Assembly: GCF_038025025.1 (NCBI RefSeq)
Contig: NW_027117344.1
Span: 744,001 to 808,000, forward strand
From: Phyllosticta citribraziliensis
Taxonomy: Eukaryota
DNA length: 64,000 nucleotides
Reading direction: 5' to 3'
The notes beneath the pieces were generated by a model. The model was not told where the DNA came from, made no database searches, and saw only the letters and a program-made list of their open reading frames with translations. The position numbers were made by a program, and so were the translations under genes. Every line of letters begins with the position of its first letter. Position 1 is the first letter of the stretch. This document shows, piece after piece, positions 47,140-60,809 of this stretch.

Positions 47140-48598
47140 TTACGACCCTCGTTCTCTTTCAAGCAATGCATTCATCCCCACGATGCATTTCACCAGGTCC
47201 CAACCCTGGCTGCCGCCAACCCAATCGCAGACCACGACTCCTGTTGATCCGTCCCCGTTTTGCGTCTCTGCAGCATGGTGCTGGGTGCACAAATACTCGA
47301 CCACGGCCGGGTTGAGTTTGGCAGCAACCTTTTCCGGCCAACAGGCAATCTTGAAGAAATTGGACGCACTCAAGAAGTTCAAAAACAGCGGGCCAGGAGG
47401 TACCGGGTTGGCAACGTCCGTGGTGACACCCGGGATGGGGACAACGCACTCGGCAGCGCGTGCCAGATGTTCGAGAGCGTACGTCGACTTTTTCTCAATC
47501 AGAGTGGGCTCGAGGACCTCATAGAAATCTTGGACCCTGACGGCGCCGTGCGTGTCGTCGGCCGTGTTGTCAGCCCAGTTTTCGGCGTCCAAGCCCCAAC
47601 CACCCTCGTGGTCAGCTCTGACTCTTTCGTCGAGCCCGAAGCGCCGGACGATGACAATCTTGCCGCGCACCTCGCCCAACGATGGTACTCGCGGCTCCGT
47701 GTACCAATTCTTGTTCTTTTCTGGGTTCGCGTAGTGGTCATGGACAATCGTCGAGAGCTGCGCATCGGTTGCGGGGCCGGTGCCTTCGCGCTTGAGGGAT
47801 ATAATGACAGTTTCGGAAGGGCTTTGCTGCAGGAAAGCTTCTACGTCGGTAACAAGTGACCGAAAGGTCTTGCTGCCGGTGAGAGATATGGGGAAGACGC
47901 CGTGGACGAGGATCAGTGTATCCCTTTGTGGGTCGTTGGGGTACTTGGGCTGAACGCGAATGTCGAAGAAACGCACGCCGTTGTCGAGCTGCTCTCTAGG
48001 AGACACAGCCTGACACCGCACCGACGGGAGGGCGCGATGGTAGGTTGGTGAGTTGTGCGTCCCAGGTATGGAGATGCCCGAGAGGGGCGTCGAGTCTTTC
48101 AGCTCCTTCATCCAACAGCTCAACTTGGCTGACGAGTATATGGCGAGGTGGCCATGTTGTTGCAGAAATATTCCAACGTATTGACGCTTGGGGTCGGTTG
48201 CGAGGGGTACAAAGGCTTGCGATTCGTTCTTCTGCGGCGTGTCTATGCGATACCGTTGGCCGTCATACTCGAAAGTCAAGCGCAACGTCTCTTTGGCATG
48301 ATCCGGACACGCGATTTCCGTCTTCTGGATCGTAAAGGGTGCTATTCGGATGCTAACATCTTCGGGAGCTCGTCAGTCAATGATTTGGGCTTCAATGGCG
48401 GCGTGGCGCACCTTGAGACTCGAAGTTGTGGTCGTTTTCGTCATGTTTCGCATGGCCTCGGCCCAGGGTCGTCACATTGTGCGATATCTTTTCGACGCCT
48501 TTCTTGAGCGGATTTGCGCGATCGTAGCGCTCAATGACTTTCAATTCAAGAGGCGTGGATGTCAGGTTGCGGATAGTAAGCGGAGCAGCGAGAGACAT
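47140..48598 (-). CDS. Phosphatidylinositol-specific phospholipase C (X-domain, bacterial-like type found in fungi). Exons 48598-48412, 48359-47140
   Basis: ISIPGTHNS, QLDNGVRFFDIR, LVHG, ETVIISLKRE, LGEVRGKIV, VQDFYE, NFLSAS and GVVVCDW. A 52-nt intron GTGCGC..CTGAC..AAG joins the two ORFs. Confidence 0.9.
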
Positions 48599-48933
48599 GT
48601 CTGTCGGTGGATGTCGGAGTAGCGGCTAAACCTTGAACATCCGAGACAGGGACAACAGAACCAACAAACGGCGCGAAAGCGTAGAAAAAAATTGTATTCC
48701 AACAGAAGAGTCAACCCCTATGATGCAGAGTATGCGCAGGAGAACTGACCACGCGTAGCTGGACCAAACAGAGAGCTCGGGCGGTTAGGCCAAGCGCGTG
48801 TGAGAGGCGGGATGAGGTCTTGTCCAATCAGCGCTTACTGTGGTTGTTGGCCCGCAAGCAACGCTAATTACAGTAAATAAGAAACCATTGTCCTCCTCCT
48901 CGGCTTCCAATGCCATGTGTCTAGTTCAAATCG

Positions 48934-51900
48934 TCAGGACTTTGCTCCGCCCATGACCCAAGGACTGCCACAGCTGCACTTGTTGTGAATGCCCCACCTC
49001 CATTCCGTGTCCTTACTCAGGCTGCCGCATTTGACGCATTTGCGCTTTACGTCCTTCTCAGTCAGCACCACCTTCCTTAGCACGTCGACTGTGTTCCTCT
49101 GGTTCCATTGCTTTGTCCTTCGGTCTTCTCCTAGACCTAGCCACCGTAAATCATAGTACATGACCTTCGAGGCGTCGACAGTCTCCAGGATTTTAGTCGT
49201 GAAGCGGAACAAATGTGTTACCACAGGCATCAGAACGTCTGGGATTTCGGCCCAAATGAGCATTTCCCGTTCCGTTGCCTTGCGTCGCTCATCGTTGAAC
49301 TGGGCCTTCTCATACGCATGTCGCACTGCTTTGTCTACCTCGTCGATTATGGCATTGATTTGGGGAGTGGGCACAGGCGACGACAATATAGTCGAAAAGA
49401 CTGCATGGAATTCCGTACGCGCTGCCACGGTGGGAGCATTCCTCATCTGCGAATGACAAATGTTCAGAAGCCCTTGGAACACCGGGCGCATAAGTCGGAG
49501 GATGAACCGAGGGAAGCTGCACAAAAGCAACAGCAAGCCCGGTGAGCACATCTCGTTGACTGTGGCTGGAACGTCAGCAATCGGTAGCGGAAAAGGGGGG
49601 GGGGGGGGGTCGGGTGATCGCGCACTTCTTCGCTGGACAAAGCCTCTATCATTTTCATGCCCTCGACATGAGTTCAGAAGCTCTATCAGCTCTTCAAAAA
49701 TGTAGACCACCAAATCTGTGTTCCACTTGACGAGTCCCCTGAGGTGTGCCGCGGTTTCTGTGTCTAGATGAGTATTGTCCTCAGGGATCGTGTCAAATGC
49801 AACTTACCATGCGTGAAACTTTCAGGCCGCGTGGAGCGAACTTGGTACACCGGCAGGCTTATAAGCGTGCCCGTAAAGCGAAGACTCAGAACTGTCCATG
49901 CCAGCTTTCCGCTCAAGGACCTCGTTCCATCGCTGCCCAATCCAAGCAGACTTTGAGTACTCAGACACGCCCGTATGACGTTTTGGCGCATCACTTCCTT
50001 CACTGCACCTTCCCCATTGTCCTCTCTACACCACTCGGCAGAAGCATTCAAACAGTGGTAGGTTCCGCTGAGAAATAGGTATTTCAACCCTGTCAGTCAT
50101 TAGCGGCGTGCACCTTACGGCGGGGATTGGATCAAGGCTCACGGGAGTCCATATTTTGAGGCATGATGGCAAACAGGTCATCCACAGTCATCAATGATAG
50201 AGAGGCAGAGCTGTATTGAAGCACCAATGCTGCGATAGCGGCTGTTGTCTCCGCTGTTTTGTATCAGACCCTGGAATCAGCATTGGGGAGGGTTGTACGC
50301 ACGACTGTTGCTCCCGTCATTCAGTGAACCCGAGGTGAATTCCATGTTTTTACATGTTATTTGACCATCGGGCTGTATGGTAGCTAGGATGCATGCATTC
50401 GGCGATAGCGCTACGTGCAAGCCTTTCATGACGAATTAGTCCACGTATCGCGTAATCTCCTCTTAGACCTACCTGGTTCATTCGTCGTGAAAGAGAATCC
50501 CGACTGGATAAGGGAAGTGACCCGATTCTGGTTCAAGTCCGGAGCCATTACCTCCATGGAGTATCTGTCACGGAATTCGACGAAACCGTTGCTCTGGCAA
50601 AAGGCAAATCTTGTGTAAAAGTTGAGACAAAAAAGTCCAATGGTCGCCGTGCCCATAACTATGTCTGGTAGTCGTTTGAGAGTCACCTCATGCTAACTCA
50701 GGTTAGCGACTTGATAGAGAACGGAAGATAAACACGCACTCGACGCTCCGCAGAATTGACCGGTCTTTTCTTGATGGACTCGAATCCAGAAAGAAGGCTG
50801 TGTTTACTTTCATGCAGCTCCCACCTTGAAATAATGCTGAAAGGATGCTGCTGGGACTGGGTTTGATCCATGATTGATGGTAAAGGGGGTGGGGTGTGTG
50901 CGAAGACGGCGAGAATGGTGGGATGAGAAGGCTCCATAGAGCCATCATCTGGGCCGTTGGGAACAAATTCCAAATGCGTAAGTTTTGCAGGATATGAGAT
51001 TTTTGCGCTTGCTCCGAGAGTAGCGTCGCCAGTACCCAAGTCTGTCACCTGGGCGGAGCAGTTGAGCTCCGTCTTGAGAGGCGTGATATCAAGGACGGGC
51101 GATCCGGGTTTTCCAGTTTGAGCGTTCCAGTTGATTTTTACGCGATAGACGAGAATTGAGCCAGTGACGGTGTGTGCGGCGAGTAGAATGGACGTTGCCG
51201 TGTCTGATGCGAAAGAGGCATGGGTGAAGATGTCTTTTGCAGAAGTGGCCGGTTCAATGTCTGTAGATGCGTCGGCCCACTGGCGGTCCGGCTGCTGGAA
51301 GAAAAGTCGCACAGTGCCACCACGAGTAAAGCAAAGAAAGCCTGCCAGTGACAAATGCAAAGGATTATGAGGTTCTTTCCACTCATGACTCGTTATATGG
51401 TTCCGCCATTTTTCTTCAGTACGCTCTACTGACCAAAGGACATGATACTGATTGATGTCAGAAGGCAATGGCAGTGAAGATGGATACAGACTTACTCTGG
51501 TTTGTTGAGGAGCAACAGGTAGCCAGTGCAAGCCAACTACTGCATTGTATTCACTTTCTTGGTCAGCGACATTGTCCCTGGTGAGCTTCAATCGGTCTAC
51601 TGCTTGGGTGGCCGTGAAAATCAAAACTCTGCCAGCTGCATCGATGACAGTCAGGTCGACTCCAAGATGGCCCCATGAGACGTGGACAAGAGGGTATTCA
51701 TCATGCGACGACAGAATTTCAAGGGGGGAAGCGTCCCCCAGTACCCATTTTCCGGTGGTAGAGTCTCGCTGGAAAGCGCGAAGGCTTACGCCGCGTCCAT
51801 CACGGGTGATGTTGGCGACACAGCCGCTCTTCGACCATGCGATTTTTCTGGCGTCGTCAGTTATGTGTTTCCAGAATGGGGGTCAATGCAGCCTTACTGG

Positions 51901-52040
51901 CAACAGCCGTTTTCTTGCAGCTCGTCGAGGCGTTGAGCCAACCTTTTTACCGGGGGAGCACCAACGGAGATGGGGATTTGCTCGGCTGAATCGTTGAAGA
52001 GATCTTCCATGTACTGGTCGTCGTCCATCATCAAGGGCAT
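48934..52040 (-). CDS. MED16: Mediator subunit Med16/Sin4, about 8 introns (internal boundaries partly approximate)
   Basis: MPLMMDDD..EDLF..LDEL..GCCQ|KIAWSKSGC; WD-like body; VEFRDR; LHVALSPNAC; C-terminal DVLRK..RKCVKCGS...CSCGSPW zinc ribbon. Introns seen at e.g. 51848-51897, 51448-51495, 50693-50739 and 50423-50472. Confidence 0.88.
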
Positions 52041-53102
52041 ATCGCGGCAGGACGACTACGAGGAAGTTGATGGCGGAAGCACCGAGAGATGCGGCGACGG
52101 CACCAGCCGCTCCGGCACAAGAGGGCTGGAACAAGCCAGCTTTGACGAGCAGGATATGCAGATGTGGTGCGAGCAAGATGCACAGGAAGCTAGACCAGAA
52201 GGATATCCAAAGCTGCAACAATAACGTATGGACGACGGAAGCGAGAAGTGGAAGGGTGATCCGCGATCAGGTGCAAGCCAGGCGTGGAACCGGAACGGAA
52301 GTGAAGGGCTGACTCATCCGGCGCGCTAGCCGTGTTTGGTCATTGTCTGAAGACGCCCTCCGGTCCCTCAACCGCGCACCCACGCTGCTCTGGATGACGA
52401 TGCGTTGGGGAAAGCGACGTTGCCCGGCCAGTCGCACGCGGTGGGTCTGCAAACTTGACCATGTCATGTCGAGTACGGCGGTTGATGCTGGCTGGCCGGC
52501 TTGCTCGCTGCACTTGTTCGCAGTCCTGCGCCAGACCGTCTGCACCCGCAAGACGCGAACAACGGCGCAGGGGAACAACAATCACGCAGAGAGCAGGGTG
52601 GCCATGCAACATGTTTGAGCTGGGCATGCGGCCGTGAGAGCGGCGTGTCGACGAGAAGCCGCGCGAACACGCACAGACTGAAAATAAATGTAAACAAGCC
52701 GCACCTCGCACACCTCGCTCAGGTCACGTCCCTCGTCGAGCCGCGGCCTCACCAAGGTGCGGTAAGGTACTGTCTGTACCTACCTTGACGCTACCGCTAC
52801 TACCGTCCCTACGCCAAGCGAGCCACCTCCAACCTGAACCTCACCCCAGAACCGTCTCTCCACTCTCTCTCCCCCAACCTCCATCCACACTCCATCCCAT
52901 CCCTCGCCGCCGCCGCCGCCGCTCCGTCGCCGTTTCCGCTGTCCTCGGCGCTTCCACCCTCCGTCCTCTTTGACCGACTCCGACTTGGACTGCCATCAAC
53001 CTGCCGCTGCTGTTGTCCATGTTGTAGAAGGACCCCCGCCCGTTTCGTGCCTGCCGCATTCCCCTCCGCCCACCGCCGTCGCCAGACTGCCACTCGTTCA
53101 CC

Positions 53103-54931
53103 ATGTCTTCCGACGACGACAGTTCACAATGCTCGTTTCTGTCGCGCTCTCCTACTCCACCCTCCGAACTCTATCCTTCTCCTCCTCCCTCGCAACACCC
53201 TTCGACAAAAGGCTCACCGCTTCCCGACAACATGGAACAACGCGCGCGTCAGCCCAACGACGACGGCCCACCCCGGAAGAAGAGGCGAGTCGCTGAGCCA
53301 AAGCCACGCGTTACGCGCCATTTGGACCTCTCCGGCGACGACATTGACGACAGCGAACCGAGCCAACGCGAAGCCCTCGACCTGCTGCTCAAGGTCCTTC
53401 ACAAGAAGCGCAAAATCGTCATGATTGTGGGCGCAGGGATATCGGTTTCGGCCGGCAGTAAGTCCCACCCTCACCTCACCTCACCTCGCGAACCCAGCGC
53501 GCAACGACGCTAACCCTATCAGTCCCCGACTTTCGATCGTCTACAGGACTCTTTAATAGCCTACGCCAAGAACACAACCTTAAAACCTCTGGCAAAGATC
53601 TCTTTGACGCGTCGGTCTACCGCGATCCCGCCTCGACGGCCACATTTCACCAAATGGTTCGGTCGCTCTCGGAAAAGTCTAGGGGGGCGTGCTCGACCGA
53701 CTTTCATCATTTGATTGCTACGCTTGCCGACGAGGGCAGATTACTTCGGCTTTATTCCCAAAACGTTGATGGCCTGGAAACCGCGCTGGGACCGCTAGCG
53801 ACCGAGACTCCGCTACCTCAGAAAGGCCCTTGGCCGAAAACGGTCTTGCTCCACGGCGGCCTCGAAAAGATGTTTTGCGTCAAATGCAAAGAGGTCAATG
53901 ACTTTAACCCAGCCCTTTTCGACGGCCCAACCCCACCAGAGTGCGAAGCCTGTGCCTACGTTGACAACTTGCGCACCCAGTTTGAAGGGAAGAGGAGTCA
54001 CGGAATCGGCCGACTGCGCCCGCGCATGGTATTATACAATGAAAATGGACCAGATGAGGACGCTATTGGCCGCGTCACAACCGCCGACCTCCGCGCTCGA
54101 CCAGACGCAGTCATAGTCGTTGGAACGACCTTGAAGGTTCCTGGCGTGAGGCGCATCGCACGCGAGATGATCAATACGGTGAGGGACCGCAAGGACGGTA
54201 TCTCCATTTGGGTCAACAATGAGCCCGAGCCCAAGGGGGTCGACCTGAACAACTGCTGGGATCTGATTGTGCGAGGGCCTTGCGATGCAGTGGCGAAGCA
54301 AGCCGCCATGCGCCGATGGGATCAGCCCGTTGATCCAAAGGAAATCACCGACGAAGAATATCGCAAGATAGCCCGAATTCCCAGTCCGAAAGTCCTAGTC
54401 CCCATTTCTCCGCGCAAGAAGCAAGTAGACAAGGCCAAGGGTATCATGACGCCTTCAGCAAGTCCAAAGCTCGGCAACAAAACCCTGGGCCCTCTTGTTC
54501 AAACGACCATTAAGCCCGAAGACTCCAAAGTTGGTACCCCCCAGCCCAAAGGTCGCAAGAAGAACCCGGCTGCAGGAGCGTCGAAGAAGACGCAGCAAAA
54601 TAAAAAGCCATCGTCAAAGAAGAAGGCGACAGAAGGAGACAAGAACAAGAGCGGGATCACGCTCAAACTCCCATTCAAGCAATCGAAGGCAGTTGCTCAG
54701 GCGCCCGCAAAGACTCTGGAAAAGGAGCAAGCTTGCGGCACCGATTCCAAACGCCATCCTACGGTTATGGCTCCAGTATCACCGCAATCAGCAAAGAACA
54801 ACACTGCTCCTCCATATCGCGAGCCCTTGATTAAGGATCTGGCGGTCACCCCCAAGTCATCCCCTCGATCAGACAAGACCATCTCTCCCACGGGCTACGT
54901 GCCAAACGACATGTTGAAAATCCTCGATTGA
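53103..54931 (+). CDS. HST4: NAD-dependent sirtuin deacetylase, Hst3/Hst4 class. Exons 53103-53457, 53523-54931
   Basis: GAGISVSAG|IPDFRS, RLYSQNVDGLE, LHGG, CVKC/CEAC zinc site, KRSHGIGRLRPRMVLYNE and VVGTTLKVPG. Confidence 0.9.
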
Positions 54932-55757
54932 CTGCGCGGCGCCGCCTGGAAACCGGTTACGGCTCTACGATTGCGGTTTTCGTCAGGGTTGCGGAGGAAG
55001 AATCGAACTTGATCGGCGCATTTGACAAATTACAGGAGTGCCTTTCACTTATGGCGGGGTGCTTTTCTTCCACTCGCATGTGAAACGACAAAAGGCGGCT
55101 GCATTTTATCGGAGTTTGAAGGAACACGCAGACGAGCACAGAAACTCGTCTTGATTTGGTTTGCACTGTGTCTTTTTGCATAGTTGCTGCTAGGCAAGGC
55201 CCTCCGAGTGAGGGCATTGCTTTGCAATCGTTTTCTCAACCACAAGGAGCTGTGTCTCCATGGACTATGGCATGATACCCTGGATTTGAGGCCATGAGGT
55301 TTGAGGTTTGATGGGACTGCCATCGGGGAAGGGAAAACGGGACATTGGGCTGCCTGCTGCCGCGATAATGAGCTGGCATCATTTGCTTTCGAAAAAGATA
55401 GAACACTCGAAGTAATATCGATACGCCTTGGAGTTTGCATTACATTTCACTTTGTCGGCGCCGAGCCATAATTGAGCGCAGGCCCGCGTGAGTAGTGGTC
55501 GTTGCATACAACGGTGCCGGCCATGATGTGGAGAAGATTTTCGTTCGCTTGTCGCTTGCGCCGAACCAAGCCTCGCCCAATCAATCCATCTGGAAGGCGC
55601 GCAGAATAGCAACGGCCCTCCCAGTCACCACCACCAAGCCCAATTCTCCTCGCTGCGCTGTCCGCGTCAACCAAACTTGCGTCCCTGTTGCATTGTCGTT
55701 GCGGTGACATTTTCGGCAGGTCCGCATGAAAGACCAAACTTGCAAAAACTAGAGCAG

Positions 55758-57496
55758 ATGGAGTACCTCGTCCGCCTGGTGCAAGTGCACGAGAGCTTTC
55801 GCAAGGCGGAGCTCGAGGCCCTGGCTACTCTTGCTGGACTTCCGCCATTGGAGTTTGTTTTCTACGAAGATAATGTAAGTGGGATGTTCTGGCATTTGAA
55901 TGCTATCGTCGTTTTTTTGTCTGAACCTGAATTCTCTTCACTTTTCTTCATTGTCGCGCTTTCGATTTCCTCTCTTTTCTCCTCATCTATCTCTCGTGGT
56001 CAAAAGGCTTCACGCCACACCATTATCATTTCTGCAAAAAACTCATGCCAAGTTCTAGACCCCCTTCTGCATCATTAAGCTTACGTCTTCCGACGAAGCC
56101 CGCGCACTCATCCGCCGGAGTATCCTCAGCGGCAGTATCTATGAGCTCTGGGGGCAGGGCAGCACGTATGAGGAGCTCCACGCCGATGTAAAGGCGCGTA
56201 CGGCATCAAAATGGGCCGCGTACAAGCAAACGTCGTTCCGATTCAGCGTCGACGCATTCCAAGGCAAGCGCAGCCCATCGCAGCAGCGCGAGCTCATCAA
56301 CAGCTTCCGATACATGGAGCTCGAGGGCGTCATCGACCTCAAAACGCCCGCGCTGCACCTGTGCATCCACGAGGACTGGGAGCTGGGTGCGCCGGCGCCG
56401 CGGCGGCTGTTCCTGGGCCGCTGGCTCGCCGACGGAGGCCGCAGGGCCATTGTCACGTACGACCTCAAGAAGCGCCGCTACATTAGCACGACGAGCATGG
56501 ACGCCGAGCTGGCGCTTGTCACGGCGAATATGGCGCTCGCGGCGCCCGGGCGCCTCTTCTTCGACCCGTTTGTCGGCACCGGCAGTTTCTCCGTGGCTGC
56601 CGCGCACTTTGGCGCCACGGCCATGGGCTCCGACATTGATGGGCGGAGCATCAGGGGAAAGGGGAAGGACCGCTGCGTCAGAGCGAACTTTGTGCAGTAC
56701 GGGACGACGGGCAGGCTGCTGGACAATTTCATTTCAGACCTGACGAATACGCCTTTGAGGGTGGGCAGCGCGAGATGGCTGGACGGCATTGTGTGCGATC
56801 CGCCGTACGGAGTGAGGGAAGGACTCAAAGTGCTCGGAAGAAAAGACGGCGGAGGAAAAGAAGCAGTCGTCGTTGACGGGCAGCTGGCACATCTGTTCGG
56901 TTCCCCATTCCAATCACCATACTACCATCTATTGCTATCTCGCTAACCCGCTCACCACCTACAGGAAAGACGGCTACATCCCGCCGAAGCGGCCCTACAG
57001 CTTCGACGTGATGCTCGACGACATTCTCGACTTTGCCGTGCGCACGCTCGTCGACGGCGGCCGGCTGTCCATGTGGATGCCGACGGCCAACGACGAAGAC
57101 ATCGACCTGCCCATCCCGGCGCACCCGGCACTGCGGCTCGTCAGCGTGTGCGTGCAGCCGTTCAACAAATGGTCGCGCCGGCTGTTGACGTATGAGCGGC
57201 GGGCGGACGGCGACGTCGACTCCAGCGTGCGCTGGGAGAAGAGAGTCGACGGGGGCGACGGAGCGGGCGCCAACGAGCTCAATGCGTTTAGGCGGAAGGT
57301 GAGCATCTCGGAGTCTCGCTTGTCTGATCACGTCTGACGATATCTGCAGTACTTTCAAGGCTTCAAGACGCCCGAAGAGCCGGCGAAAGAAGGCGCTGGC
57401 GCGGCTGTTCCCTCAATCGAATCGCTGAGCTTGGCCGACGGCGGCTCCGCAACGGCTCAGCATCAGCAAGAGGAGCGACAGCCACAGCAGAAATAA
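55758..57496 (+). CDS. TRM11: tRNA (guanine-10-N2)-methyltransferase catalytic subunit. Exons 55758-55874, 56059-56894, 56965-57298, 57350-57496
   Basis: HESFRKAELEALA; YDLKKRRYISTTSMDAEL; DPFVGTGS; GSDIDGR; CDPPYGVREG; YIPPKRPY; WSRRLL. Confidence 0.93.
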
Positions 57497-58011
57497 GGAA
57501 AACGCTTTTGCCGATTAACCTTTGGCTTGAGGCAGGCTTATCCGGTGATGGTGGTGCGGCGATGACTCGCATGCGGGCAGACCGAAATAGGGTAAAAAAG
57601 TTACCGGGCGTCCGGGGGGCGGCGTCGTTAGGTTGTCGATCAGCCGTGTCGGGTGGATCGTACGGTGACGTCAAGTCGACAGTTGCATCCGTCCCATCGC
57701 CCACCTAGGTAGCCCAATCCATTGCGCTTCCTTCGCCCAGCCAGGCAAGGCCAGGGCAGGGCAGAGTAGGAGGGAGAGAGCTTGGAGCCCGGCGGCAAGC
57801 TGAAATCGAATACATCATCGCCCGCCCCTGCGCTCCGTCTCGTCTCAAGCGCGCTCTACTCCCAGAAACTTCGCACAGTACTTGACATCCAAAACCCAGC
57901 GTCTAATCTACCCTTGTCTACTCTTCACTCATTGAAAAGAACAAATTGAAGCCCTCACCTCACAGACTCGTCATCAAACAAGTCTGTACCACTGGACTAA
58001 TCCTGCCCAAC

Positions 58012-58457
58012 ATGTCGTCCAACACCAACCAAAACACCTCGTCATCAGACGACACGACCCCCTCGCTCATAACATCGCACGCCTCGTACGCCAAAGGCGC
58101 CGCCGAGGTCTGTCGCTCTGCTCCTTTCCCCTCCCAACTCACCACCGTCCTCCTCCTCCTTCCCCCATCCTCCGCCCCACCAACTAACCACCCGTGCAGG
58201 CCACCATCGGCTCCCTCACCTCCAATGCCGCGCTGCAGCACTCGGGCGACGCAACCAAGAGCCAAGCCGTCGAGGACATGCGAGCAGCCAACAACAACAG
58301 CAGTAGCTCTTCGGAGGCAAAGGACGGTAGTAGTAGTGGTGGTGCGGGCAGCGGTGGGCTGGCGGCCAAGGCTGAACAGGCTGTTGGCGGCGTGGTTGGG
58401 TGTGAGGGTTTGCAGGCGCAGGGGAAGGAGAAGGAGGGGAAGGTTAAGGAGGCGTAG
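58012..58457 (+). CDS. Small hydrophilic fungal protein (CsbD/LEA-like character). Exons 58012-58107, 58200-58457
   Basis: PSLITSHASYAKGAAE|ATIGSLT...SGDATKSQAVEDMRAA...VGCEG; 92-nt intron with a CTAAC branch point. Confidence 0.7.
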
Positions 58458-58906
58458 GTGGTGATTGTGCTGTACGGAGGCTGTATGGAGCTTGCTTGGA
58501 GATAGGCGAAGACATGTGTGCGTGTTCTATTCTACAGAGATACTGGATCGACTTTACAGATTTGGTGAATTTTGCTGCCGTGATGATTGAGAACCGGGGA
58601 AGGCGGTCTCAGATTTTTGGCTTTTGGGTTGTGTGACCACGCGCGCAGAGATGAAAGAAGAAACGGGAACGAGGTGCGAGGAAAGACAGACGCCTGAGTA
58701 ACACGCGGTGACAGAGGTAAGACACGCGGAGAATCTAATGCAACCAGTCCAACCCATGCACCCCCAAACCAAACCAGCCCAATTCTTGACAAGCCCTCAA
58801 AAGATGGAAAGAATACCTCGACCGTGACGAGAAGTAACCGACCGTGAACCACCCCTTGTCGACGCCGTGCGTAGTTTACAATCCCAAAAAAAAGCAAATC
58901 TTCCAA

Positions 58907-60294
58907 TCAAGCCTCCGCCACACCATTCATACCGCGGTCGCCATTTCTGGCGTTGGATCGACCTAGGCCAAACCCAACGACGCCGTCGCCCTTCTTGGGA
59001 CCCCACCCTTCACTGCCCACGTATCCCAGCACACCGACGCCGACACCCCACGCGCGGTTCCTACTCCGCGCACCCCACGCCCAGCCAGCGCCCTCGCGGA
59101 TGGGCAGGTGGTACCAGCGGAAGCTCAGCCACGCCATGGCGATGCCGAGGAGGCTGCCGAACAGGATGTCGAAGCCGTGGTGGCGGAAGTCGAAGTAGCG
59201 CGACGCCGAGATGAATACTGCGGCGGCGACGGGGAGGACGGCGAGGACGAGCGTGTAGGTGGGAGGTGCCGCGGCTTGGTTGCGGATAGGGACGATTCCG
59301 GTGGCTGGGGAGGCGGCTGTGTCGAGCCCGGCTGAGGATGACGGGGGTGATAGGTCGTGTGCGCCGTCCGTCGTCGGCTTGTGGATGGTGGATGCGTTGG
59401 GCGAGTTGTAGAGTGGGAGGGCAAAGGATTGCCTGCGCTCAATGGCCGTGTGCGTCGCGTCGAGGGAGTAAGGGCGGGGCGGGAGAAAGGGGATGGCGAT
59501 GGCGAATTTGGAACAGAGGAAAAACGTGAGGTAAAGGAGGCCAGACCAGGCGACTGGATGCGTGTCAGCATGACTTGGCTCGTTCTGATCGGGATGTAGT
59601 GGGGCAGTGCGCGTGTTGTGGTCAAGTGTTGAGTTTGTGTCACTTACAGGAAGCGTGGCCACTTGGGAAGCTCCTGAAGCCGTCGTCGAGCACACCGGAG
59701 TCTTGCTGCTGGCAGATTGCAGAATTGACAAGCGTCCAACGGTTAGAAATATCTTGGCCAAAGCCACCGACGGCGTAGTCGCCCACGTTCTGCAAGTCTG
59801 GCTGGCAGCGCGAGAGCAAGTCGGGGCGCGGCTTGCCAAACAGGTTCTTCATGCCCTGAGTGATGAGATAGGTGGTCGCCAGACTGAGTCCAAGACCCAT
59901 CCAGCCAGCATTCCATTCCCAAAACTTGCGACGCCAGATGAGCGACTTGGGCGTTTGCTTGTTGGCCGTGGGTCCGGGAACAAAGAACAAGCAAACGAGA
60001 AAGATGATGCCGGCCGGAACGAAGAGGCCGAGAACAATCAGTAACCAGACAGGAATGGTCTCCGTGTTGTCATGAGGAAAGGCAATGTCGAGGTCAAGCA
60101 GCGAAAATGGTCGGTGATAGGGACTGATGGTTGACCAGCCGCCGCCGACGGCGGCCATTGCGCTGCATCGCAAGCGTCAGTACTAGGCCAGGGTGCGAGC
60201 AGCAGTCGAGAGGGCAAACTTACAATATGATGAACCAGTCGAAGACATACGAGGCGACCAGGCGCTTGGAAGGTAAAGCTAACGCAGCACGCAT
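58907..60294 (-). CDS. PAP2-family lipid phosphate phosphatase (Dpp1/Lpp1-like). Exons 60294-60224, 60162-59648, 59553-58907
   Basis: C1 KNLFGKPRP, C2 PSGH and C3 SRYFDFRHHGFD motifs; multiple TM helices. Confidence 0.92.
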
Positions 60295-60809
60295 AATGTG
60301 CGATGGCGAAGGCGACGGCGAATCAAACTGCCAGTACGAGGTTTGAGATGTTGAAGTGCGACGACGATTGGAGTTGATGGAGAGAAAAGAAGGGAAGTGG
60401 GTGAGCCAAGTGCCAGGCGCGTGAGATGCAGACATGGCTTAGAACTGTGGCTGCCTGTAGTCTAGCTGCATGTGCTCCTGTCTCCACATACGGAATCATG
60501 GACAGTCTGATCACAGCCGGTAGGATGGAGGGCCGAAGCCGAGCGGAACGAGCAGAAGGCTGTGCTGCCGGTCCCAAAGCGGCAGTGCTGCCACTGCTGA
60601 AGTGTTCATGGCCGCCACTGACGGAGTGAAGCTGGGGGGTGCTGGGGGGCTGCTGGGGTAGGGCTGTCATTAGCGGGGGAATCGCTGGCTCAGCTCGACG
60701 ACCAAGCACCGGGCCAACCGTCTCTTTTTCTGCGCCACAAACCTAACTCTCGCCTCGCACTTTCATTACCACCACCACGCCCAACACTTCAAACACCTCA
60801 GCGCAAACA

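Noticed and set aside
48286..48411. Apparent frameshift or split in the PI-PLC gene, and possible bacterial origin of PI-PLC or the SDR
   Set aside because: A 52-nt intron with an AAG acceptor resolves the split. Both genes have spliceosomal introns and belong to families widespread in fungi.
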